In this document: piece after piece, positions 35,548 through 44,892 of the stretch | How positions within the stretch are numbered: position 1 is the first letter of the stretch | Layout: each line of letters begins with the position of its first letter | From: Nitrospinota bacterium | GTDB lineage: Bacteria; Nitrospinota; Nitrospinia; Nitrospinales; VA-1 | DNA: 52,262 bases | Direction: 5' to 3' | Assembly (NCBI GenBank): GCA_036339675.1 | Contig: JAYZAN010000059.1 | Location: 1-52,262 of the forward strand | Made by a program: the position numbers and the translations under genes | Notes under the pieces: generated by a model | Database searches by the model: none | What the model was told of the DNA's origin: nothing | The model's input: the letters and a program-made list of their open reading frames with translations, nothing else

Positions 35548-36783
35548 CTAGCGTTTTTGGGCGAATTTGCGGTAGTCCTCAATTTTGTACCCCTGGCGGT
35601 TGACCACTGGAAACAAGGTGAATAGGGGAGTATTGTAGGGAACCAGGGCGGATTCCGTTGCCGGGCTAAGCTGAAGATGAATATTGACGAAATTAAAACT
35701 GAGCTGCTCCTGCCAGGGAGCTTTTAGAACATCGGCATACGCATCCACTTTATCCGCGGCATGGCTTCGGGTCATCAAACCGGCGCCGCCATTCAGTCCG
35801 TATTCATACAGGTCGGGAGCGCCCTGGATCAGGAGAGACACCATGGAGGCATCGAACCAAACCTTGAAGTTGGTAACGATCTGCACGAACGTGCCCAGAG
35901 TTCCCGTGCGTTCCAGCACGGTGACCGGGTAGGCGAATTCGGGAGGAATGCCCCGGGAAGGATCGGCATGCTCGAAGCGGAATTCTTTCTCCTTGACCGC
36001 GGAACCCGAGACAAACAAAAGGTTAGGATCGTTTATTTCAACATCCACCACCTGGCCGTCGTTCATACTGCATAACTTCCCCATTTCATAACATAAGGGA
36101 AAAGAGTACCCATTCTTGCTGTAAAAGATCCGCACAATCGCCTCAAGCGCGTCATCGGGTTTGCGGCTGATCTTCAGATCGAAGGGAAGCATCAGGTGAA
36201 ACGCGTTGGTACGGACATTCATGAAAGGCCCGCAGGCCCCGGGGAATTCTTTATGGATGTCCTTGTTATCCGGTTCGAACTTTCTCGGGGCCCCGGAAAA
36301 ATGCTGGGCCGTCTTCGCCTCCGAGGTCAGCTGGTATTTTTCCTGGTAGTAGGAAGTCGCCCGCTTCTGGGCAACATCAAGAAAGTAATCCGGAATATCG
36401 GTCTGGATGATCAACTGCTGCTTGTCGAGACCGGGAACCTTCGGGACCTTCATGGCCTCGTTATAAATATCCAGCTCCGAACGGGTCTTTTTGATGTCAC
36501 GGATGATCTGATGGGACAGTTGCGGATTGGAAAAACTGCATTTGGGAAGAAGTTTCTGAGCGCGTTCCAGAAGCTCGAGTTTCTGGTTATGGCGCTTGGG
36601 CTCCTGAGCCAGGCTCTGGATAGTTCCGGACAGAAGCGTGAACAACTCGTCCGGCAGCAAACCCAGCTCTTCCAGGTCATGCTCCTTGATAAACGCCAGG
36701 GCCAGTGGGCCGAACGATTCCTCCTGGCGGATGTTTAAGGTCAGCAGATAATTGAGATAGGATCGAGCCTCTTTGAGGTCCAA
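35548..36783 (-). CDS. Hypothetical 411-aa protein (helical N-terminal half, beta-rich C-terminal half)
   Basis: Long ORF with a TTG start preceded by GGGAGG 8 nt upstream. No motif I can name with confidence. Ends with TAG. Confidence 0.6.
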   Translation of the reverse strand: MDLKEARSYLNYLLTLNIRQEESFGPLALAFIKEHDLEELGLLPDELFTLLSGTIQSLAQEPKRHNQKLELLERAQKLLPKCSFSNPQLSHQIIRDIKKTRSELDIYNEAMKVPKVPGLDKQQLIIQTDIPDYFLDVAQKRATSYYQEKYQLTSEAKTAQHFSGAPRKFEPDNKDIHKEFPGACGPFMNVRTNAFHLMLPFDLKISRKPDDALEAIVRIFYSKNGYSFPLCYEMGKLCSMNDGQVVDVEINDPNLLFVSGSAVKEKEFRFEHADPSRGIPPEFAYPVTVLERTGTLGTFVQIVTNFKVWFDASMVSLLIQGAPDLYEYGLNGGAGLMTRSHAADKVDAYADVLKAPWQEQLSFNFVNIHLQLSPATESALVPYNTPLFTLFPVVNRQGYKIEDYRKFAQKR

Positions 36784-36938
36784 GATTCACGCCTCCCGGG
36801 AATGGAAAATGAACGTCATCTTGGCCCCAACCATCAAATATTGCAAGGGCTTTTCCAACAAGCCCTGCTCCCAACGGGGAAGGAAACAAGTTAATACTTT
36901 ATCTCGCGGTCGATGAATTTCAGGGCACAAGATAACGT

Positions 36939-36978
36939 TTCAGCCAAATTCCTCCGGGCGTTGCCCAGCGGCGAGTGG
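36939..36978. repeat. Degenerate repeat copy R3: TTCAGCCAA...TTGCCCAGCGGCGAGTGG
   Basis: It shares GCCAA and CGGCGAGTGG with R1 but has a ~14-nt internal insertion. It ends 3 nt before the stop codon of the cytochrome c lipoprotein gene. Confidence 0.4.
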
Positions 36979-36981
36979 CGG

Positions 36982-37758
36982 TCATTTTTTTTCAGATAAC
37001 CTCCCTAGAAAATATCCCACGGATTTTAAGCACTTCCCGGAAACGAACTGATCGATGTTCTGCTTGTCCGGATTATCTTTATGATGAAAAGATTTAAAAT
37101 GACTTTCAAAACGGGCGAGTTCATCGGACCTGGAAAAATCGAATTTTTCTGGAAGAGCGCCGCCCTTGTTCCCCCCGATTCCCATCAGGGAATGGCAGAA
37201 CAGGCAATTATCCTTGAAAATGTTCAGTCCGGAGAGGGCTGTTTTATCGGCTCCAGCGATTTTCTCAAGCGGTGCGTAATACTCCCCGAGTTTCACAAAA
37301 CGCAAACTCCTGATATTCGCGGTCATGAAGCGCTCCTGGAACGGAGCATTCACCCCATCCGGAACCACGATAAATAGAGGCTGAAGCCAGTCCGGTCTGT
37401 TCGATCCATGAGCCAGTTCGATTTGGGTTGCCAATTGCAGATCGTATTTTTTTATGTCTTCAACAGAAACAATACCCTGATAATCATCAAAACAATCCAG
37501 AAGAATGGCGTCGCTTAAACCTTGAGGATCAACATAACCCACCAAACGCTCTAGAGAAATAGCCCGAAAAAGGGAGCCCTTGTAATGCATGGCCCGGTCA
37601 AAATAAACACTGGATATGGACTGCTCTTCAAAACCATGTAAATCTTTTGCCGTTAAGGTATCCGGCTTCCCTTGCCCGTTTAAATCAGGTGAGGCGCAGG
37701 CGGCGACCACTCCCGACAAGGCGCAAAGCAAAATTCCTGCTATTAATTTTTTCTCCAT
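36982..37758 (-). CDS. Lipoprotein with a C-terminal mono-haem cytochrome c motif
   Basis: Lipobox LSGVVAAC at residues 14-21 and a single haem-binding site CLFCHS near residue 187. The N-terminal ~170 aa are uncharacterised. Confidence 0.65.
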   Translation of the reverse strand: MEKKLIAGILLCALSGVVAACASPDLNGQGKPDTLTAKDLHGFEEQSISSVYFDRAMHYKGSLFRAISLERLVGYVDPQGLSDAILLDCFDDYQGIVSVEDIKKYDLQLATQIELAHGSNRPDWLQPLFIVVPDGVNAPFQERFMTANIRSLRFVKLGEYYAPLEKIAGADKTALSGLNIFKDNCLFCHSLMGIGGNKGGALPEKFDFSRSDELARFESHFKSFHHKDNPDKQNIDQFVSGKCLKSVGYFLGRLSEKK

Positions 37759-37800
37759 GGGAAATATATTAGCAGGGAAAATGAAAAAGTCATATTTAAC

Positions 37801-37827
37801 CGCAAAGACGCAAAGAACGCGAAAGAA
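37801..37827. repeat. Short imperfect tandem repeat CGCAAAGA / CGCAAAGAA / CGCGAAAGAA
   Basis: Read directly, in the divergent intergenic region between the cytochrome c lipoprotein and radical SAM genes. Confidence 0.4.
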
Positions 37828-38056
37828 CCACAGACAAACACCGGAAGAAGGAGGCTACAAACCCCACGCCCAGTGGCCGATAAACCTTCCATAATCTGCC
37901 GGACTGGTGTATGTTTACTGATTGAAAATAAAGGATTTTAACAGGTATGGACGGCAGGTGATCCTCCTTTTTCAACACGATGGTGGGAAATATTTGTCTG
38001 CGGCCTTAAAACCTTTTACTATGAACAATTGCTTTTTATTTCCGGAACACTTCTGA

Positions 38057-39400
38057 ATGGAAACTAAACCGACCCAACAGGGAAACAAACTGGACCCGAT
38101 GGACTTTCGGGCCTACTCCATTTCCTGGAACCTGACCAAACGATGCAACCTCAATTGCGATCATTGCTATCTAGACGCTGACTTTCGCGGCGGATTCCGG
38201 ACCGACGAGTTGAACACGGAGGAATGCTTCCGGGTCGTCGACCAGATCGCCGAAGTCAACCCCAACGCGTTTTTGATTCTCACAGGGGGCGAACCGCTTC
38301 TCAGGCCGGATATCTATGACATCATCGGGTACGCTGCCGATAAAAAATTCATGGTCGTCCTGGGCACCAACGGAACCCTCATCAACCGTCAGAACGCGGT
38401 GAAGATCAAGGAAGCGGGAACACATGGGGTCGGCATCAGCATCGATTCCATGGATCCCGGCAAGCACAACCAGTTTCGCGGGGTGCAAAAGGCCTGGGAA
38501 CACTCGATGGAAGCCTTCAACGTCCTGAACGAAGTCGGTGTCGATTTTCTCATTCAGATGTCTGTCTCCAACATGAACTACAAGGAGATTCCCGATGTGG
38601 TTGCGTTTGCAGAAAAAATCGGGGCCGTCGCCTTCAACCTATATTTCCTGGTGTGCACGGGCCGGGGACAGGGCAACACCGATATCTCCAACGAAGCCTA
38701 TGAAGAGGCCCTCAAATCTCTTTACCGCATGCAGATGGAATATAAGGGCCGGTTGATGATCAATTCCAAATGCGCCCCGCAGTACAAAAGAGTGGTTTAT
38801 GAAAACGATCCGGATTCGGTCTACACCCGCACTTACTCCGGGGGATGCCCGGCGGCCACGCATTACAGCCGTATTACCCCGGAAGGCAACCTGACCCCCT
38901 GCCCCTTCATCGAGGAACCGGTGGGAAGTTTGAAATCGGCATCCTTCAAGGAGCTGTGGACCCAGTCCCCGTTGATGCTTCAATTGCGCGACCGGAAAAA
39001 ACTCGAGGGCCGGTGCGGCAGTTGCGAGTTTTCCGCCATGTGCTCGGGCTGCCGGGCGCGGGCGTTCGCGGAAACCGGGAACTACATGGCCCAAGATCCT
39101 TCCTGCGATTACCAACCCGGCCAGTATGGAGGAAAGGAAATTACCCTGAAGATCGAGGACACCCTGGGACTGGAAGTGGAATACCAAAGCCAGTGGACCC
39201 CGGAAGCCCAGAAAAGATTGGAACGGATTCCTTCCTTCGCCCGCGGAATGGTGGTCAAAGGAATCGAAAAATTTGCCGAAGAGCGCGGGATCGCGCTCAT
39301 CGATGAAGACGTGATGAAGAAATCCCGGGAGCAGATGATCGAAAAACGCGGTGCCATGTTTCCCTTCCTCAAGAAATTTATCAATTCGGAACAGGATTAA
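38057..39400 (+). CDS. Radical SAM / SPASM-domain enzyme of the AhbD/NirJ-like type, with a C-terminal PCP_red-like domain
   Basis: CNLNCDHCY (CxxxCxxC), GGEPLL, FNLYFLVCTGRGQ (compare the nFvPtGRG box of Ahb/NirJ enzymes), a SPASM Cys cluster CPAATH...PCPF...CGSCEFSAMCSGCRARA, and the tail WTPEAQKRLERIPSFARGMVVKGIEKFAEERGIALI, like the BchB C-terminal PCP_red domain. Confidence 0.75.
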   Translation: METKPTQQGNKLDPMDFRAYSISWNLTKRCNLNCDHCYLDADFRGGFRTDELNTEECFRVVDQIAEVNPNAFLILTGGEPLLRPDIYDIIGYAADKKFMVVLGTNGTLINRQNAVKIKEAGTHGVGISIDSMDPGKHNQFRGVQKAWEHSMEAFNVLNEVGVDFLIQMSVSNMNYKEIPDVVAFAEKIGAVAFNLYFLVCTGRGQGNTDISNEAYEEALKSLYRMQMEYKGRLMINSKCAPQYKRVVYENDPDSVYTRTYSGGCPAATHYSRITPEGNLTPCPFIEEPVGSLKSASFKELWTQSPLMLQLRDRKKLEGRCGSCEFSAMCSGCRARAFAETGNYMAQDPSCDYQPGQYGGKEITLKIEDTLGLEVEYQSQWTPEAQKRLERIPSFARGMVVKGIEKFAEERGIALIDEDVMKKSREQMIEKRGAMFPFLKKFINSEQD

Positions 39401-39451
39401 ACTTTTCCCCCTGGCGCCAGATTTATAACTAAAAACCTTTTCTCTAAATAC

Positions 39452-39838
39452 TCACCCCTTATTTTTGTAGAGGCTTCCAACGCGAAACGATCCTCGATCT
39501 TCACGTTCGATCTGGGTCTGACGGGTATCTTCCATATCCTGTTTGGACAACGCCTCCGCAACCTCAGCCTGGTAATTTTTCACCTTCCTGTAAAGAGGGT
39601 GGGTGATGTCCAACCTGAGGTTGGTCAAGGCCGCGGTGAACTCCCCCTTGCCGTCGGGCGACAGGGTACACACCAGTTCCCCGGATTCGCTGTCGCGGTG
39701 GATATCCTTCACCTCAAAGGGAGATTTTTTATTCACATGAAACCCCATCTCCTTCAAAAGAGAGATAACGGGGGGTTTGCCGTACACCCTGAGAGGCAGA
39801 TTTTTCAGAATTTCCGTCATCAGTTTTTGCGCGCTCAT
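39452..39838 (-). CDS. Hypothetical 128-aa protein
   Basis: ORF with an ATG start and no recognisable motif. Convergent with the radical SAM gene. Confidence 0.45.
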   Translation of the reverse strand: MSAQKLMTEILKNLPLRVYGKPPVISLLKEMGFHVNKKSPFEVKDIHRDSESGELVCTLSPDGKGEFTAALTNLRLDITHPLYRKVKNYQAEVAEALSKQDMEDTRQTQIEREDRGSFRVGSLYKNKG

Positions 39839-40150
39839 TATCTTTCCTGTTCTTTATCCTATTGAAAAATCGGGAACTACCTGGAAAAACGGAATCGACC
39901 TTGCATAAAGTCTTAAAAAGGGTTTTTTGCAAGGATTTTGACAGCCATCGCCCGGATAAAGATTTTAGTGAAAAGTTCCGAAAAAATAGGAGTAACATTA
40001 GGTGGTTCGGGCCGTCAACAGAAGAATATCGCTCCGCTTCAAAAACATCTCCTGAAGAGGGTTGGGGCGGGACTCCAGGAATCCGCAAATCTTGACAAAC
40101 TCCAATATTTTCAGTAATTTATATAATACGAATCTGTCACTATTCGGATC

Positions 40151-40912
40151 GTGAGCAAAATTTTACCGGCTTTAAACATTATGCTTTTTCTTATCCTGGC
40201 CTTGCTGATTGTCCAAGCTGTTAGGGTCTGGACCCATCCGAAATATCCGGCAACCGTGGACGGGTCTACAGTGAAAACCCTGCCCATGACCATTCCGAAC
40301 CTTACCCTAAACCGTAAACCCTTTAATCGAAATATGTTATCTAGTATTACCCAGAACAATCTGTTTCGCAAAGAAAGGACGGAATACATATCCCCCCCGC
40401 CCCCCGGGCCGGAGGTTCTCACCGTCAAAGAACCAGTGCTCCCCCCTCCAAACCTTAAATTAAAAGGAGTTATGATGCTCAACAGTATAAAAATAGCCAT
40501 CCTGGAGGGCGAGTATCACGTTCTGGAGGGCAACAATAACGTCAAAAAGAAAGCGATCAAGCGCAAGGGATATAAAATGGGGGAACAGATCGGGGAATAC
40601 GAGATCACCGAAATCGAAAGAAAAATGGTGACCCTGGACAACCGGCGGGGTCATATCCTGCAGGTGAGGCTGATGGAAAGACCGCCTGGAAAGGCGATAT
40701 TGAGGAGAGGCAATCTTATTTTTCACAAAGACCGGAATTTTTCTTCCCGGCAAATCAAGGCGGCAGAACCTGTGCAGCCGAAGGTGACGCCAAAACCGGT
40801 GAAGAAACCCAGGTTAAAACCCGCGGCGCCCCCTTACCCTTATAAAGAAGTCCATATTTCCGGAAAAACCGTTTATGTTCCTGCTCCAAGACAACATGTA
40901 TCGGGAGGCTGA
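40151..40912 (+). CDS. T2SS GspC-like / PilP-like inner-membrane component
   Basis: N-terminal TM anchor, a central small beta-domain pattern (LKLKGVMMLNSIKIAILEG...GEQIGEYEITEIERKMVTL) and a Pro/Lys-rich tail. It is the first gene of the gsp cluster. GTG start. Confidence 0.5.
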   Translation: MSKILPALNIMLFLILALLIVQAVRVWTHPKYPATVDGSTVKTLPMTIPNLTLNRKPFNRNMLSSITQNNLFRKERTEYISPPPPGPEVLTVKEPVLPPPNLKLKGVMMLNSIKIAILEGEYHVLEGNNNVKKKAIKRKGYKMGEQIGEYEITEIERKMVTLDNRRGHILQVRLMERPPGKAILRRGNLIFHKDRNFSSRQIKAAEPVQPKVTPKPVKKPRLKPAAPPYPYKEVHISGKTVYVPAPRQHVSGG

Positions 40913-40917
40913 GATTC

Positions 40918-42630
40918 ATGGTGATGCTGAAAAAAACAAATCCGGTTGAACGCATACTTCTCCGCCATAAAAAAATCAGCGAGAAAACCCTCGCTGAGGT
41001 GAAAACCAACAACCTGCATACCGGGAAATATCTGGGTAAAACCCTTGTGGACCACGGGTACATTCATGTCCAGAGTCTTCTTGAAACCCTGAGCCAGGAA
41101 CTGGGAATCCCCTATTTGAAACACGACGATTTCCCACACGAATTGCTGCCGGTGGAAGGCATAGAGATCACCGAAGCTTTTCTGAGAGAGAAGATCATTT
41201 TCCCGCTGAACCTTGAGGAAAACATACTGACTGTAGCCGTTTACGATCCTTTCGATTTATACACCCTGGAAAATCTGAAAGTCTCGCTGGGAAAAGAAAT
41301 CAAAATCTGCCTGAGCGCGGAAGACACGATCCTGGAAGCCATCGAATCCTATTACGGGTCGGGAAATTCGGCGATGGACCGCATGGTGCAGAATATTCAA
41401 AGCGACGAGAACGCAGTCAAAGAACTGGATATGGAAGCCACGGAACATATCCGGGACATGGCATCGGAAGCTCCCGTCATCAAGTTGGTCAATCATATTA
41501 TCAGCCAGGCGACGGAAATGGGGGCCAGCGACATTCACCTGGAACCTTTCGCAGATGATCTGGTCCTGCGTCACCGCATCGACGGAATACTGCACGAATT
41601 CGACGCGCCCCCCAAGAGGTTGAATTCCGCCATCGTGACCCGGATCAAGATCATGGCCAAGCTCGACATCTCCGAGCGGCGCCTGCCCCAGGACGGGAGA
41701 ATCAAACTCAAACTTCTGGGAAAAGACGTGGACATGCGTGTTTCCACCCTCCCCACCTTGTACGGCGAAAGCGTTGTCATGAGAATCCTGGACCGTGAAA
41801 ATATCACGCTCGATCTTAAACATCTGGGGTTTCCAAAGAAACCATTGGAGCAATTTGAAAATTTGATCAAAAAGCCCTTCGGGAAATTCCTGGTCACCGG
41901 CCCGACCGGAAGCGGAAAGACAACCACCCTTTACGCGGCACTGCAGAAGATCAACACCCCCGACAAAAAAATAATCACCGTGGAAGACCCCGTGGAATAC
42001 CAGATGCACGGCATCAACCAGATCCATGTCAAACCACAGATTGGGTTGACCTTCGCCAACGGGCTCCGGTCCATCGTCCGGCAGGATCCCGATGTCATCA
42101 TGGTGGGTGAGATCCGCGATCCGGAAACGGCGGATATTTCCATCCAGGCTGCTCTGACGGGTCACATGGTTTTCAGCACTGTCCACACCAACGACGCCGC
42201 GGGGGCCATCACCCGCCTTTTGGATATGGGAGTGGAAAACTACCTGATCTCCTCGGCTCTTCTGGGAGTTCTCGCGCAAAGACTGGTCCGTATTATCTGC
42301 AAGCACTGCAAAGAGGAAACGTCCCTGGATGAAGCCTTCCTTGCGGAAATGGGCTCCTGGGCAAAACCGGGTATGAAGGTATTCAAGGGGAAAGGCTGCA
42401 AGCAATGCAGTTTTACCGGGTTCAAGGGACGGGCCGGAATCTATGAATTGCTGGTGATCGATGAAGCCATCCGGCACCTGATCATCGCCAAGGCCACGGC
42501 CCAGGCGATCCGGGACGAGGCACGAAAAAAAGGAATGGCCACCCTGCGTGAAGACGGCTGGGGAAAAGTCCGGCAGGGTATCACCACCGTCGAGGAAATT
42601 CTGCGGGTGACCCTAAATGAACAATTCTGA
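40918..42630 (+). CDS. gspE: T2SS ATPase GspE
   Basis: T2SSE_N-type N-terminus, Walker A GPTGSGKTTT, Asp box, Walker B IMVGEIRD, His box, and the tetracysteine CKHC...CKQC motif. Confidence 0.93.
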   Translation: MVMLKKTNPVERILLRHKKISEKTLAEVKTNNLHTGKYLGKTLVDHGYIHVQSLLETLSQELGIPYLKHDDFPHELLPVEGIEITEAFLREKIIFPLNLEENILTVAVYDPFDLYTLENLKVSLGKEIKICLSAEDTILEAIESYYGSGNSAMDRMVQNIQSDENAVKELDMEATEHIRDMASEAPVIKLVNHIISQATEMGASDIHLEPFADDLVLRHRIDGILHEFDAPPKRLNSAIVTRIKIMAKLDISERRLPQDGRIKLKLLGKDVDMRVSTLPTLYGESVVMRILDRENITLDLKHLGFPKKPLEQFENLIKKPFGKFLVTGPTGSGKTTTLYAALQKINTPDKKIITVEDPVEYQMHGINQIHVKPQIGLTFANGLRSIVRQDPDVIMVGEIRDPETADISIQAALTGHMVFSTVHTNDAAGAITRLLDMGVENYLISSALLGVLAQRLVRIICKHCKEETSLDEAFLAEMGSWAKPGMKVFKGKGCKQCSFTGFKGRAGIYELLVIDEAIRHLIIAKATAQAIRDEARKKGMATLREDGWGKVRQGITTVEEILRVTLNEQF

Positions 42631-42655
42631 TTTCCCACAAGTGACCTGAAAATCG

Positions 42656-43882
42656 ATGACAACTTATTTCTATCAAGCTACGAATCAGAGAGGAAAACTG
42701 ATAGAGGGCGATGTCGAAGCAGAAGATTACCCGACCGCCATCCGGCGCGTTCGCAGCTTCAACTATCTTCCCATCAAGGTCACCGAGGGAAAACCGCACA
42801 GGAGCCTTTCATTTGATCTGAAACTCCCCGGGGCGGGATTCAAGAAAAAAATTTCCCAGAAAGAACTGATGACCTGCACCCAGCAACTCGCCACTTTGAT
42901 CGATTCCGGATTCACCCTCGACAAAGGCCTGACCGTGCTGGTGCAGGTGACCGAAAAACCTTTTACCCGTGAAATCCTGTCGGAAGTTCAAAAACGGGTT
43001 CACGAAGGAAGTTCCTTTGGCGACGCTTTGGCGGAACACCCAAACATTTTCTCAAAACTGTACATCAATATGATTCGCGCGGGGGAGGCCGGCGGCATGC
43101 TGCCTTCGGTCCTGAACCGTCTGGCCGAGTTCATGGAAAACTCGGAGGAAATGAAGGCCAATATCCGCTCCGCCATGATTTACCCCGCCATCCTGACCCT
43201 AGTGGGAGGATCGGCGGTGGCATTGCTGATCACGGTGGTGATTCCGAAGTTCTCAACCCTTTTCGATGATATGGGCCAGGCCCTTCCATTACCGACTAAA
43301 ATCATGCTGGGAATCAGTTCGGCATTGACCAATTACTGGTGGGCCATACTCATTGCCTTGACGGCGTTTGTCATAGGGTTCTCTTTGTATCTGAAAAATG
43401 AACATGGCCGCCTGCGCTGGGACAGCCTGGTTCTCAAGCTTCCCCTGTTCGGAGCATTGACTACGAAAATAGAAGTTTCCCGATTCAGCAGAACCATGTC
43501 CACCCTGCTTGGAAGCGGAATCCCTATCCTGCAGGCTCTCATGATCGTCCAAGCCATACTGACTAACAGGGCCATTGCCGCTGCGATGGACCCCCTGCAT
43601 CGAGGCCTCAAGGAAGGGGAAGGTCTATCCAAACCGGTCCAGCAAACAGGGATTTTCCCTCCCATGGCCATGCACATGATCACCGTGGGGGAAGAATCGG
43701 GCAACCTTGAAGAAATGCTGGTGAAAGTCGCAAACACCTATGACAAGGAAGTGGAACGCTCCATCAAACAACTGGTCTCTTTGATCGAACCGGTCATGAT
43801 CCTTTTGATGGCGCTGATCATCGGATTTATAGTCATATCAATGCTGCTGGCTATTTTCAGCATCAACGAAATTGCATTTTAA
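42656..43882 (+). CDS. gspF: T2SS inner-membrane platform protein GspF
   Basis: 408 aa. Two T2SSF repeats (LATLIDSGFTLDKGL..., LSTLLGSGIPILQAL...) and three TM segments. Confidence 0.92.
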   Translation: MTTYFYQATNQRGKLIEGDVEAEDYPTAIRRVRSFNYLPIKVTEGKPHRSLSFDLKLPGAGFKKKISQKELMTCTQQLATLIDSGFTLDKGLTVLVQVTEKPFTREILSEVQKRVHEGSSFGDALAEHPNIFSKLYINMIRAGEAGGMLPSVLNRLAEFMENSEEMKANIRSAMIYPAILTLVGGSAVALLITVVIPKFSTLFDDMGQALPLPTKIMLGISSALTNYWWAILIALTAFVIGFSLYLKNEHGRLRWDSLVLKLPLFGALTTKIEVSRFSRTMSTLLGSGIPILQALMIVQAILTNRAIAAAMDPLHRGLKEGEGLSKPVQQTGIFPPMAMHMITVGEESGNLEEMLVKVANTYDKEVERSIKQLVSLIEPVMILLMALIIGFIVISMLLAIFSINEIAF

Positions 43883-43914
43883 AAACAGGAAACATTAAAT
43901 GGGACCTTGCAATT

Positions 43915-44337
43915 ATGAATCGTGAAAAATCCATAATCAAAAACCGCAATTTTCAAAGCCATGGGTTCACGCTGATCGAATTGATGGTGGTCATGGTAAT
44001 CATCGGACTCCTCGCGGCGCTCGTTGTTCCCAAATTTTTCGGTCACGTGGATAAAGCGCTGCAGAGAGACACGCAGGCCCAGATCGAACTACTCGGACAG
44101 GCCCTGGACCTTTACCGCCTTGAAAAGCATAAATACCCAGGTTCCGATGAAGGCCTGCAGGCCATCCGTACCTATCTTAAAAAAGACGTTCCCAAGGACC
44201 CCTGGGGAAACGACTATGTGTACCGGTCCCCCGGCCAGCACGGGGATTATGATCTTCTGTCTTATGGCGCGGACAATGCGGAAGGCGGGGAAGACAATAA
44301 TATGGACATCGTCAGTTGGAAGAATATTGAAAATTAA
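43915..44337 (+). CDS. gspG: Major pseudopilin GspG
   Basis: Prepilin site G|FTLIELMVV after a 17-aa leader. GspG C-terminal signature KDPWGNDYVYRSPGQHGDYDLLSYGADNAEGG. Confidence 0.92.
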   Translation: MNREKSIIKNRNFQSHGFTLIELMVVMVIIGLLAALVVPKFFGHVDKALQRDTQAQIELLGQALDLYRLEKHKYPGSDEGLQAIRTYLKKDVPKDPWGNDYVYRSPGQHGDYDLLSYGADNAEGGEDNNMDIVSWKNIEN

Positions 44338-44358
44338 AAAAGATAAATCTTATTGATT

Positions 44359-44892
44359 ATGACGCTGGGACACCCGCAAAAAACAAACCCTTCACGAATC
44401 ACCCGGGCCGCACTGAAACCCCAGTACGGATTTACTTTGGTGGAACTCATCCTGGTTCTGTTTTTCATTGGGTTGATCATGGGGATGGCGACGCCGCTGG
44501 TCATGTCCACTCTCGACAGGATAGAGCTTCGGGCCTCGGCGCGGGAAATGGCTTCGGCCCTGCGTTACGCCAGAAGCGAGGCGGTCTCTCATAAAACTTC
44601 GGTGATCTTTGAGGGTTATATCGACCGCAATCAGTACCGGGTCTCTCATGATCGAACGGAACACGCAACGCAAACGGCACTGCTGGACGAGAAGATCAGA
44701 ATCGTCCATTACACAAATGAATTAGAAACCATTCAGGACGAAACATTCAAAATCAAATTTTTCCCCCAGGGAAACTCGACCGGCGGAACCATCCGTTTGG
44801 AAGCCGGCGAACCCGGGGAATCGGAAAACCTTTATGCCATCTCCATCGACCCAGTCACTGGAAAAGTCCGCATCGACCAGGAAGAGCGCTGA
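44359..44892 (+). CDS. gspH: Minor pseudopilin GspH
   Basis: G|FTLVELILVLFFIG prepilin motif and GspH/FimT-like length. ATG at 44359, inside the ORF that opens at 44353. Leader is 24 aa. Confidence 0.75.
   Translation: MTLGHPQKTNPSRITRAALKPQYGFTLVELILVLFFIGLIMGMATPLVMSTLDRIELRASAREMASALRYARSEAVSHKTSVIFEGYIDRNQYRVSHDRTEHATQTALLDEKIRIVHYTNELETIQDETFKIKFFPQGNSTGGTIRLEAGEPGESENLYAISIDPVTGKVRIDQEER

Noticed and set aside
38021-38056. An 11-codon upstream ORF (MNNCFLFPEHF) whose stop abuts the radical SAM start codon, as a possible RiPP precursor or leader peptide.
   Set aside because: It has no Shine-Dalgarno sequence, and it is very short with a single Cys. The enzyme's core motifs look like tetrapyrrole-type AhbD/NirJ rather than peptide maturases. 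Too speculative to call.
41257-42477. A 406-aa uninterrupted ORF antisense to gspE. Similar long antisense ORFs occur at 19432-20103, 21647-22300, 36196-36738 and 38639-39187.
   Set aside because: Each lies exactly opposite a well-supported conserved gene. Their translations are low-complexity, rich in G/D/H/F/R, with no motifs and no independent start or RBS context. Long shadow ORFs in the complementary frame are a known by-product of RNY-biased codon usage.
44834-44892. The 59-nt overlap between gspH and gspI as a sign of a frameshift or mis-assembly.
   Set aside because: Both frames give complete proteins with proper prepilin motifs. The ATG at 44834 is the only canonical start upstream of the GspI G|F site. 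Overlaps are common throughout this operon.
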